DNA of 60,000 nucleotides, taken from assembly GCA_965235115.1 (NCBI GenBank), contig OZ249436.1, positions 13,828,001 through 13,888,000 of the forward strand. Reading direction: 5' to 3'. This document shows positions 1 to 12,900 of this stretch, one piece after another. The translations under genes and the position numbers were made by a program. The DNA comes from Laetmonice hystrix. Its lineage: Eukaryota. The notes under the pieces are model-generated. The model was not told the origin of the DNA and searched no databases. It was given only the letters and a program-made list of their open reading frames with translations. How positions within the stretch are numbered: the first letter of the stretch is position 1; each line of letters begins with the position of its first letter.

Positions 1-719
1 CCGTAAACGAGCACTAGAAAGTTTTTGAATGGTGACTGATGTATATTGGGGCTGGCGTTGTAGGGACTCCGTCTGAGGCGTTTTAGACTGGTCGATCGAC
101 AGGTTTGGATTACATGACATGCTTGGAGCAGAAAACTGCCAAAATAAAAGACCTAAGGCCACATTCACACATTTCTACTGGCAATTTTCATGCGCAGATA
201 TCGACGCAATAATAATCTGCAATCGGGTCGGGCCTTCGATCTGAACCAACAGGCAGCGCCAGTGTCTGAACGTCTGTGATTGATCGGGGGTGGAATTACA
301 TCGGAGGGATCGCATCTACAGATATACCTCGCTGTATTGTGGCTGGAGTGTTTGGTTTTCATAATGAGGGAGAGGCCGGCTGGCCATTGAGCAGGTGAAG
401 AGGGGCAAGACGCACCCTTTATGGTAAACCAACGGTAGCAGCAGGTGCTCCATTTTTAATGTATATGCCAAACGGTGGTCCGTGGAAAAATGGCCCCCTG
501 AAAGCGGACAACTGTTCTCCCATTGACGGCTCAGTGCTTCCACCGCGTGGGCTGCACGTTCATGCATGCATCTCACCGGAATGCGCCATCAACGGTTGTC
601 AGGAGACTTAACAGCGGCAAAATAGAGGGGAGACGTGCGTGGGTAACCCACTTAAAGAATGCCACGTCCTCTGCATGCCCGAGATGTACCCACCATGGTA
701 ACCATAAACTGATCTGCAT

Positions 720-897
720 TTTTACCCGGCGTGTGTGCGCATGCGCCCAAGTGGGTCGGGACTGTGAGCGCGGTCGGTCGGTCGGACGGTCGGTCGGTCG
801 GTCGGACGTACAGACGTACGGGCAGACGCCTCTCTCTCTGCTACGTGCTGCAGGCGGCGGGGAAATGGCCGGCCAGCCCCTGCCTAGATGATGCACT
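720..897 (+). promoter_or_regulatory. Probable proximal promoter / 5' UTR with NRF1-type palindrome TGCGCATGCGC (736-746) and (GGTC)n tract (771-808)
   Basis: CpG-rich stretch directly upstream of the start codon; motif seen in sequence; transcription start not determinable. Confidence 0.45.
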
Positions 898-982
898 ATG
901 CGGGTTGGCTTAGACGTTCTACAGCTCGGCTTGATGGTTTTCCTATGGACAATCCGAGCTAGCTGGCAGCTTTTAGACAAGG
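898..982 (+). CDS. nAChRbeta1: nAChR exon 1, signal peptide MRVGLDVLQLGLMVFLWTIRASWQLLDK(G)
   Basis: ATG with A at -3, hydrophobic core, donor AAGG|GTAAAT at 983; phase 1 matches the exon 2 acceptor (G+GT = Gly); GC-rich promoter-like sequence upstream. Confidence 0.75.
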
Positions 983-3900
983 GTAAATACCGGTTTTTTT
1001 CCCGCTTGATACGATATTATAATCTTACCGTGTGGCCCTGTTCCAGCAACCTCTCTTCAAGTCACTACCCTTTGCAAAGAATGTTCTGTACCCAGCCTCG
1101 AAACACTACTCACAGACCCCCTCCCCCTCTGCATCCCCAGAAATAATGCGAAAAAGAAAATGTCCTACTTATTCCCTTCCCGAAGCTCACCTACACACCC
1201 TGAGTCTGATACCCAGGCCTTGGCCATGTGCGCGTCATACAACGTAATAAGAACTATTTGGGCCAGGACAGCTAGACTTGGCTGGCGTACGGTTCTCCGT
1301 GCATGGTCTTCATATACACACACCCTCCCCATGGGATGCCGGCAATAGTGTTTGTATATGCAGCCTCTGTTTATCAACAGCCTCTCTCCTCGGGCCCCTT
1401 CATCTCCGATACTACTTGACCAATGTCCTTGAGATGGGACCCAGTCGATAAGGACAGTTTTGTCTTCACAATGATTGAAACAGTCGAGTTCCCCAATCCA
1501 CCTGGCTGAAGTAGGTCACAGAAAGACTGATTCTCACTGAGGTATATATAACCGGCAATTTGAAGGTCACGTGACGTTCACTCTACGTCTCTCATTTTCA
1601 GGGGTTGGCACGAAATGGTCTATCTTGGTATCTTCTTTTAAATCACTGCAACAAAACAGAAGAGGGAAGTTATTGAAAGGATGTAAGTAACACAGTAGGC
1701 ACTGTCAATCAGAGCCCAAGGTTTACGTTACGTGAGACGGTCCCAAACCACGCTGTTCACCTTTTCACGTGCACGTTGCTCAGACTACTCACAGGAATCT
1801 CAAGGGGAGCGTCTGCTGGGCAAATGGAACCCTTCTCCAAAAGTCACAAGGAACGGCCGGCGCATCGAGTTTGAAAAAACTAATTGAAGTTGTTTTGATT
1901 TACTGATTTGAGATACACCAGGCTGGAGGAGCAAACCGGAAGTAGGAAGCCATGGCCCATACAACGTTACGACTACCCCTCCCCCCTCGCCAAGTCGCTG
2001 ATGCAAGAGAGTCCGGACCACCCCCCCCCCGCCCACCCCCCCACCCCCACCCCCACCTTCCCCCTTAAGTACATTTTTCTTATTTCTTTTTTCTAATAGA
2101 GTTCGATAAATCAACCCTGTTGGACCACTCTTTTTCCATGGCCAAATTTGCCCCCTTCCCCTCCGTAAGCCATTGGTCAATTTGAGTCGGCTGAATATAA
2201 CTATCTGACAGAGGTTTCGTATGTCAGTAGTATGTCTTCCGGTCCCATTTCATGAAAGTCTCTTTTTCAGTCTCTTGCAGGAAACGGCCTAAAATTGATT
2301 TGATTTGATTTATGTGTCACTCTGTGTCCAACACTCACGTCTGTATTGCAGAAATACACATTATTGTAGAGGATGTGTTGTACGGCTGGCGCACGTTCGG
2401 CGTGTATCTTTACTGACTTGACTGAAATGGTCGTGAAAGTAATAATACCTTTTTGATACAACAGAACGTATACAAACTGTCAAGAATCCACCCCTTTCTA
2501 AAAGAAAACAATCTTCAAATCTTCCGTTACTACCCCCCCCCCCCACCCCCTTTGGAATCCCCATCCCTATGTCAATCAAACGTAAATCCAAGGAGTAAGT
2601 CATCCGTGAATGTAGCTTTGAACCCTGTTGGCATTATTTATATTCACGTTTTATTTGAGTCGCTTATCTTGATCAGTGAATGTAACGTGTGAATGTTAAC
2701 TAAAAGAAGAATGTTCTGCGATGTTTTGATGGCAATTACCATTTGGATAACACAACTAGAAGATACCGTGGGTATTGATGCACCAAATAATTAGACTCCG
2801 CCTCCTTGGCTGTTTTTGATAAATGCCCCCTCATAGGCGAGTTACTCCGAGAGTAACTGGCTCACTGGGCCACCTTCAGTCGACCAGAGAGGTCGTGACA
2901 GGTTGAGATGGTAATGTCTGGAGAAATATGTCTTTAATTATATTAGGACCCCTTCCCTGGTCCCTGCTGTTGGTGAAGGGTACATCAGGCCTGTTTCCTG
3001 CTATTAGTGAAGGGCAAACTAAGCTTCAATAAACCTGAATGGAAGAGGGAAGGCAGGCAGAATGGTATGTGAGAAGGAAATCTCTCTCCCCCTCCGTACG
3101 CACCTGTTCTTTAGTACGTTTGGCAATGTTCCTGCATGGCCATAATGCCCCTTTATCGGCCAGTGGATTAAGTGCCAAATCTAGCGTTGAAAGCAAGACA
3201 CCCGTTTAGTAAGTAACAGATGATCCTAGAACATGTTTTTTGTTTGTTTGAGCGAAGCTTCCCATCCTTCACTTTACTTGGATGAACAAGGAAGAACCAT
3301 GATGCCGAACTGCTTCTAGCACATGTATACATCTGCATGTACTCCGACAAACGTATCTATATCTTAGAACGACAGACATTATTTGTCATCTAAGTTCACC
3401 AGACCTACATTATACCGACTGAAGACGACATGGATGCAGTGCTTTTCACAGGCCATTCGTAAATTTCCAGGTATATCGTGTAATATTTTGTATATTGACA
3501 CTGTTACATGAATGTTCTTGAGCTCCAATGTTGGTCTTTTGCCTCCTATGTGTATTTAAGACAGCCAATATGCCTTATGCTTCAGATAACATGCATGAAC
3601 GGTTGATAAGAATATCTTCATGTTTTAATGTTTGTTGCTACTGGGTTTATCTTTACAGCTTATGTCTGAATTTGTTATGTGTCCTAACCACACTAACATT
3701 TATGTTGCATGTGCTTCAGTAATGCATGCCATTAGTTAGGCCCAACACTAACCAACGACCTTTTGAAATTATTTCCATGTAGCTCTCAACGCCAAGTTCG
3801 AGGAGGGCCGTGATGAACACATAGGTCCATATTACATTTATACCTGAAGGTTCTGGGAATTCTAGATGCCAAAATATTAATTTCTACTTTGATTTTTACT

Positions 3901-6900
3901 GTTTCCAGGTTTTTCTGCCCCACTTGATTATGAAACATAATATCGGTACCAAGATAAACACTGTCTGTCCCATGTTCCGCTGTACGACATTCTCCCAACC
4001 GTTCTCGGCAGGGTGTGGTCTGTTTACATAAGTACAGTCATTAAACTAGGGTTACGGCACATGCCCTGACCTCGGAAAGGGCTGCCGTTTCACAGCTGTA
4101 ACGACAAAAGAGATGTGTAGCTATCTAAAAACATGGGTACCACAAAGTGCTTCCCTATTAAAGACAGATAACAAGTGCACGGGTTGCTGCCTGCCTTCCA
4201 TTTCCCGTCGACGTATTTCAACAGAAGCTGTCCTGCAGATATTTCAAAACGACTTTCATACTATTTTAGAGTTTTCCCAACTTTCGAACGATTCTAGTAG
4301 CAGGGAAAATGTCAGATTAACACCCAAGGACACGATCATTCAGGAAAGAAATAAGACCTTAACATGATTTGAACAATTAATTTTTGACAGTTTGAATTCC
4401 ATATCTGGATCTTTCCAGATACACGACAGTCTCCCTCTATAAACCTGTTTATACCTATTCCAAGACCGCAGAACATATAGAGGAATTCCAAAGATCAACT
4501 ACGAGTTACATTGCGAGATTAATGGTTTGTCATACTTTCTGGCGAGGTTCTATCCAACTGTAACGCCAACACATACACCTTAGTTGTCTGTTGAACAGAA
4601 ACACTCCAGCCAGACCATCGACAGTTCCCAGTACATACAACCTAAAGTATGTGGCCATAATTCGCTGGAGATTCCTTGATAGGCCTCAGTGTGACAAGAA
4701 TGGCTCTAGAGGGACTAATAATTCTTGTTATCTTTCTTTATAGGTCTTGGGAGCGAAGACGAAGTCAGCCTTGTGGAATATCTCTTCGAACGACAGGGAT
4801 ACAATCCATTGATTAGACCAGTCAAGAACCTTACGGAAAAGGTCAACGTGAAATTTGGATTAGCAATGATACAGCTGATCAATGTGGTAAGTCTAGATAC
4901 GTTATTCAGTAATCTGCTTGATTTACCATCAGGTACAACTATCAATGTGGTAAGTCTGGATACGTTTGATTTACCATCAGGTACAACTGATCATTGTGGT
5001 AAGTCTGGATACATTTGATTTACCATCAGGTACAACTGATCATTGTAAGTCTGGATACGTTTGATTTACCATCAGGTACAACTGATCATTGTAAGTCTGG
5101 ATACGTTTGATTTACCATCAGGTACAACTGATCATTGTAAGTCTGGATACGTTTGATTTACCATCAGGTACAACTGATCATTGTAAGTCTGGATACGTTT
5201 GATTTACCATCAGGTACAACTGATCATTGTAAGTCTGGATACGTTTGATTTACCATCAGGTACAACTGATCATTGTAAGTCTGGATACGTTTGATTTACC
5301 ATCAGGTACAACTGCATGAGGTCAGGGCAGTTTGACAGTGGGTCAGCAGAGCTCGAGTATAACACAATAATCTGTATGAATGGTGTATGAAAACTTAAAT
5401 TCAGCGACTTTAAAACACTGGTTACCAGCGTGAAGAGGGAGAGAATCATCACATCATCTTGTTGTCGGTGTTTGTTGTCTCGTGAGCAGCGACACATTTA
5501 TTTGATGCCCACCGAATAGTCTCCCCGATTTCACGAATTAAGTATTTAGGTTGTAATGTAAAATTTACAAAGACCGTATGCCGTTGTACTGTGCTCAGCT
5601 CGCCAGGGGATGGGCCAGGCGACACATTGTCACTTGGAGCCAGTATAACCGCTGGCATGCATTGAAAATCAATGAGCAATGACCTTGTGCCATTTCAAAT
5701 GTTGATGAGTCCCACTGGTCAATCGATACTGTCCGTTGGATGTGTTTCTCCACAGCAGCCGAGATATCCCCAGGCCATATCCTTTTCCAAGCCCAAGTCG
5801 AGGTCTCCTTTGGTGACGAGTCCATAGACTTCCCATTGTGAAGCTTCCCGCTTCCTTTAAATACGCCGACAATCCTTTTTACCAGACTTTTAAGGCGTCG
5901 GAAGATACCCTTAGATAAACGTTATCGTATTCTTGGTCCTTGAACAAAGTCAGACGAATGCACTTAACTGTCATCGGCTTAAGGCTGACCTGACGTAGTT
6001 GTGGCGTTACAAACATACTCACTGAACGTTATGATAAGCGTCATTTCAGAGGCCAGACTCCCACGAACGCTATTCATTGGCGTCTTTACTGGAAGGATTT
6101 TTCAGAAAGCTGCCATTGCTTGTCGGGTCTCTTTTTATGCGTGCTGCCAATTATCGGACTCGATCTGAATGGGAGTAACTAGTCCAGGGGGTAGCTGCCA
6201 TCTGTCTAGGCCCAAGATGTGTCTGACACGAACTAGCCCCATGGTGTGAAAAATCGCATGAGCTATTTGATGAATTTCAAAGGACACTTTCTTTAAGAAA
6301 AAAGGGGCATCGTTGAGATTTTTCCTATTCTAGGGCGTGCTCAAAGCTTTGAAAGTGCCGACCAAGTAACCGGTCTGTGAATTATTTAGACACACTTAGA
6401 CCACAGAAAAATGCGGCTCAGTTGGCGAGAGTGTGCTTAGTGGGAATTACTTTAGGATGAATCGTCGACATTAGCATCGGTCTACCACGATATTTGAGTG
6501 TAAGTTATCTCCGACATGTAAACAACCCACTCGCTCCGACAAAATGCGCTGCAGACGATTGTTGTCGGATTTTTGTCCCGATAATGTACGGCGAGGCTGT
6601 GGCGTGCAGGCTAGTGCATAGACACTTTATTATTTACTTGTTTACGATTAGCCAGTGCATGCAATCATTTGTTAACTTTCCACTCTATCAATATATTTAA
6701 CAATCACCGTCTTTGATGTACGTAATACTTCAGTAAGAATTACGCATGCAATCGCGTCTACTCGAGGTGCGCGAAATGCGCCACTAAGACCACACTCAGC
6801 TGGTGTAGGGGAAACAAGTAAATCTCCTTGTGGCAGGGCACAACGATTCTCTCTCAAACATTCCGTCAGGCTTTTATCGGATAACATCCTCAAAGATTTC

Positions 6901-9900
6901 ATGTGAAACAAGTGCAAGGAAGCACACTGTTGATGAATTTTAGTCTTCTTATCCTCGCCACTGAAGTCCACGACGAGGAAGGGCTATTGCCTTTCTTGAA
7001 GTAGATTGTGTACCTCGAGTTAGGAGCATAAAGCTGTAATCATCAATTCAGCTTTTTAAAGAAAATTAATGTGATCACTCGACAAGACGAAATGTCACAC
7101 CGGTGGTGAGGAGGGGGAAGGAGTTATTACACTAACATACGCGGACGAGAATCGTTCCAATAGAGGAGTCCTGGATGTATGACCTGGCTGATTGTACAAA
7201 CTAAAAAACCCTTAAAGGAATCATGGCACCCTGATTGAGCGTTCCGGGAAACCAGTTCGGCCTGGTTTCACGCTTACCTCGTCAAAATCTATGCACCTTC
7301 TGTCCCGAGGATACTTCCTGGGTTTAATATACATTATGTATTATAAACAGACAGCAGCGAAATGCACTGTCACCTTCACATTTCATATTTCGTGTCGAGA
7401 ACACTCAAAACCAACGCTTCCTTCCGCCATCGGGAATGTCTGACCCGCAGGCATATCGTTGCAACGGGTGAGATGATCACGTGATTGCGGCTATAGCCTT
7501 CTGTGAAAAGGGTGTAAAGTCGCCCGGGCAAAACTCTATCGCGTAGGTGGGCTGCAGGTCTAGAAAAAGACGCGCGTCATTCCGAATTTGCTGGTTTTTA
7601 AATATTTTTTAAAAATACATGTAGTCACGAAATCCAATCAAGCAAGTAGGCAGTGCTATGGAACATAATTACCAGACTATATACAAGCAGTATTTTCGCC
7701 AATTTGTGATGAAATAAGTGCCATGATTCCTTTAATATGTTAAGTACAGACCACCGTACATGTCATAGTTATACCAGAGACAAGTTACATACCGGTATAT
7801 TGGTAGGCAATACGGTCTATGACAGACCACCGTACATGTCATAGTTATACCAGAGACAAGTTACATACCGGTATATTGGTAGGCAATACGGTCTATGACA
7901 GACCACCGTACATGTCATAGTTCTACCAGAGACAAGTTACATACCGGTATATCGGTGGGCAATACGGTCTCTGACAGACCACCGTACATGTCATAGTTCT
8001 ACCAGACACACGTTACATACCGGTATATTGGTGGGCAATACGGTCTCTGACAGACCACCGTACATGTGATAGTTTTACCAGACAAGTTACATACCAGTAT
8101 ATTGGTGGGCAATACGGTCTATAACAGACCACCGTACATGTCATAGTTTTACCAGAGACAAGTTACATACTGGTATATTGGTGGGCAATACGGTCCCTGA
8201 CAGACCACCGTACATGTCATAGTTCTACAAGAGACAAGTTACATACTAGTATATCGGTGGGCAATACGGTCTCTGACAGACCACCGTACATGTCATAGTT
8301 CTACCAGAGACAAGTTACATACCGGTATATTGGTGGGCAATACGGTCTATAACAGACCACCGTACATGTCATGGTTATACCAGAGACAAGTTACATACCG
8401 GTATATTGGTGGGCAATACGGTCTCTAACAGACCACCGTACATGTCATAGTTATACCAGAGACAAGTACATACCGGTATATTGGTGGGCAATACGGTCTC
8501 TAACAGACCACCGTACATGTCATAGTTATACCAGAGACAAGTTACATACCGGTATATTGGTGGGCAATACGGTCTCTGACAGACCACCGTACATGTCATA
8601 GTTATACCAGAGACAAGTTACATACCGGTATATTGGTGGGCAATACGGTCTCTGACAGACCACCGTACATGTCATAGTTATACCAGAGACAAGTTACATA
8701 CCAGTATATTGGTGGGCAATACGGTCTCTGACAGACCACCGTACATGTCATAGTTATACCAGAGACAAGTTACATACTGGTATATTGGTGGGCAATACGG
8801 TCCCTGACAGACCACCGTACATGTCATAGTTATACCAGTGACAAGTTACATACCGGTATATTGGTGGGCAATACGGTCTATGACAGACCACCGTACATGT
8901 CATAGTTCTACAAGAGACAAGTTACATACCGGTATATTGGTGGGCAATACGGTCTATGACAGACCACCGTACATGTCATAGTTATACCAGAGACAAGTTA
9001 CATACCGGTATATTGGTGGGCAATACGGTCCCTGACAGACCACCGTACATGTCATAGTTCTACCAGAGACAAGTTACATACCAGTATATTGGTGGGCAAT
9101 ACGGTCTATGACAGACCACCGTACATGTCATAGTTTTACCAGAGACAAGTTACATACCGGTATATTGGTGGGCAATACGGTCCCTGACAGACCACCGTAC
9201 ATGTCATAGTTCTACAAGAGACAAGTTACATACCGGTATATTGGTGGGCAATACGGTCCCTGACAGACCACCGTACATGTCATAGTTCTACCAGAGACAA
9301 GTTACATACCAGTATATTGGTGGGCAATACGGTCTATGACAGACCACCGTACATGTCATAGTTTTACCAGAGACAAGTTACATACCGGTATATTGGTGGG
9401 CAATACGGTCTCTGACAGACCACCGTACATGTCATAGTTATTATACCAGAGCCGACCGAAGCTTACACTTGTAATCGCATGATTGCCCTATAAATTGACT
9501 CTGCAGGCCGGGAGAGACCAATGACTGGTATTGTATTTTCCAAGACAAATATTACACAGTGGTGTGTAGATAATTAACAATGACGCTACGGCTGCCCACT
9601 AAAATGACAACAGCACATTTGTAAGGATTCGCCACTGTCAAAGTCACGAGCACCAGTCGGCCGACTGAGTACGACAAGCGAGCCGAGACAGGTTGGTATC
9701 GGTAATGATCAACACCGTCCTACCTCAGTAGATACCAGTTACCCGGGAAGGGGGCAGATTAATTACCAGGACAGGGTGTAACCAGTTACCTCGGGAGGGG
9801 GCAGGTCAATTACCAGGACAGGGTGTAACCAGTTACCCCGGGAGGGGGTAGGTTAATTACCAGGACAGGGTGTAACCAGTTACCTCGGGAGGGGCAGATT

Positions 9901-12900
9901 AATTACCAGGAAGGGTGTAACCAGTTACCCCGGGAGGGGGCAGGTCAATTACCAGGACAGGGGGTAACCAGTTATCCCGGGAGGTGGCAGATTAATTACC
10001 AGGACAGGGTGTAACCAGTTACCCCGGGAGGGGGCAGGTCAATTACCAGGACAGGGTGTAACCAGTTACCCCGGGAAGGGGCAGGTTAATTACCATGACA
10101 GGGTGTAACCAGTTACCCCGGGAAGGGGCAGGTCAATTACCAGGACAGGGTGTAACCAGTTACCTCGGGAGGGGGCAGGTTAAGTGCCAGGACAGGGTGT
10201 AACCAGTTACCTCGGGAGGGGCCAGATTAATTACCAGGACAGTGTGTAACCAGTTACCCCGGAAGGGGCAGATGCACGTTAACCTTACCAGGACCGTGTG
10301 GTATGGATGGAAAGTTAGCCGATGAAACAAGAAGACACGTTACTTTTGGGTCCTTGCACTTAAAATGAGATCGAGAAATTGTGTCCTTAACGTGTGCTTC
10401 GAGACGCGGAAAGACTTTAATCGAAAAAAGAGTGGAACTGTAGGGATTGAAGGCAGGGTATAAACTAGGTCCTGGTCCAAGGACATCCGTCAACAGCCGG
10501 CCCTTTCACAAGAACAAATTTTCAGGTTGCGCGGCACATTTCCCTTTAAAATCTAATGACGCAGTGGGGAGGAGGCAGATGGCCGCATTTCTTCGCCATC
10601 TGTTTGCATATGAATAGCCGCAGCGTCTGACGTACGACCATGTGTAAAGCATGGACAAGACCACAGCTGCACAAGGTTTTTATCGAAGTGATTTACATCT
10701 ATCGGAAACTGTCTGCAGCTGTTAAAAGTGGGGTCATTGCTCCGTATGCAAGTATTACTGTGGATACGGCACAACGTAAATTATAATACCGAGATAAATA
10801 GGCACCATTATCTCAGTCTACACAAAGATACAGAAACGTATGACACCGCGGTCATCAAATTATCAGCGCAATAGAACGCCCTGTCTGAAACGGAATTAAA
10901 TGTAGTTGCATAAAGATGTCTAAATTGGCGACCGTTTCACGTTGGCTGCACCCGTATCCTGAAACGTCAGTTTATATAGCGCCATAACAAAACGGCCGGA
11001 TGTGTAGCGTTCAGTTCTAGGTAACAAGGCCCACAATAACAGCAGACCTCGGTACTCATACAGTGTCACGCAATAGTTGGTGAGCAAGGCAAAGCCTGCT
11101 GGTCGAACTTCACCGCAAAATGTCTATCGTACGTCTCTCCAAATATTTTAATTCTAGGCGTACCTACAAAAACCCTTTCTTCGATAGTCGCTTATTTCCT
11201 TTACCACTAGGGGATTTTTTTGGTGTGCCCCCTTATCAAAATCCTGGACCCCCCACTGTTTACGTACATAAATTGTACATACAAGCATCTTGGCTACTGA
11301 TGGGAAGTTTACTCCGTCAGGTTTATTTACTCGTCTGGACGAGCTTTTATTTTCTTATAATTATGCTAACCCTGATTAGGAACATTTTCGACTTGGTCCG
11401 TTGTGATTGCCAAAGCACGTCACTGCTCTCCAACCGGTTACGGCTTAAATTATCTTTCGGATACTCATGCTCCCTCCTCCGAGTTGAAGTGATTTTGTGC
11501 AGATAAAAAGTCTGGGACCATACAGCTACCCTGAAGGAAATAACTGATGGGTGACAATTAGTAGAAAGTACAGGTTGGATCTTAGAAAGGAAAAAATACC
11601 GATGGAAAATTTAAGACAACGTGATAAGAAATTTCGACCAACCATACTTTTCTAACCTGGAACCGGAAACCATTTGTTAAGGCCGCATAGAAATCCAGGG
11701 AAGCAATTACCTGAATTCATGCACCGGTGCAAAAATGTTAAAGTAGCAATCACTCCAAAATACCGTCATTGGAATCTGTGCAGTGTGCAAGTTGGGGGAA
11801 TTGTGCTCGCCATAGGGTCCTGCCTGCCTGCCTGAAATCTGACGAGCCCATTCTCTCTCGATCTCCGCAACTGGGAAAAACCCTTGAAAAACCGTATTAT
11901 ACAGAGCACGTTGGTAAAAAGGTTATTGCTTGTAACGAACTCGTTCTAGGACGTTGAGGACAGTGGATATAATCAAGAACCTAGGTAGACCATCTTCATC
12001 ATGGGATCAAATTATCATCTTGATGAACAGAGGGGTAGTCGTGCCTTATCAATATACCATCGGCCATCCGCAATATCCAAGCTATTAGTGATGCACGATT
12101 GGATTTCAACACCCTATATTGGTCCGAGAGAAAGGCACTGAAGCATTGCTGATATATCAGGGATGGGTGTGCCAGTATCGTTTGCCTCACTGTCTTGGAC
12201 AATATTATATTGATATCGAATATACTCGTTACCATAGTTGTTCAACCATTCAGCCTGCTCAGCGTTTTTTCCTTGTGTTGTATTCTCCACGAATTCGACC
12301 TTTTCAGTCGTTGGGTACAATTGGCCAGGGGCACTGTACGTGTAAAGGTGGATTCCCGTGGGAAAATAAGCAAAAGTGAACGGAAGTCTTAGTGCCAAGC
12401 AATTATCGTACTCTTCCAATGTTATGCGTCGTTGTTTCTGTTGTACATCTGTCGACACCAGTGGTCGAGGTTTAACTTGACAAGGTGGTGAATACGCCAG
12501 GGACTGAGGTTTCGTGCTCCTCAGGTGTCATCGGCTTATCAGAGAATGTGTTATCCTCACTTTACTATCTCGGCAAGTGTGAGGTTCGTGTTCAAGCCAT
12601 GCTGTTGAAGTGTGTTTGTCTGAAAACAGTCCTCGAGACGGCAGTCGCCAAACCAGTGGAAGATGGCACTGGTGACGGGCCAGACTGGCCCAGACTGGCC
12701 CAAACTGGCCCAGGCTGGCCCAGACTGACTGGCCCGCCGCGCCGTGGATGGAAATTCTTACACTGAATGTCGTCTGCATATGTATGAAGTGGGGACACAT
12801 AATAAGTAACCGCGATTCATGAATAGTTGTAATGCTCTTCCTTCAGCCAGGCAATGTAACACCCCGGTAAATCTCTCCACCAGACTTGGAGTTAACATAG

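Noticed and set aside
6413..6445. tRNA-like A box (GGCTCAGTTGGCGAGAG)
   Set aside because: No B box or cloverleaf follows; at most a SINE scrap.
12495..12535. Minus-strand CTGAGGA-GCAC-GAAAC-CTCA-GTC resembling a minimal hammerhead ribozyme
   Set aside because: Stem I cannot pair, and the sequence instead folds as a simple CTGAGG/CCTCAG hairpin that sequesters the core.
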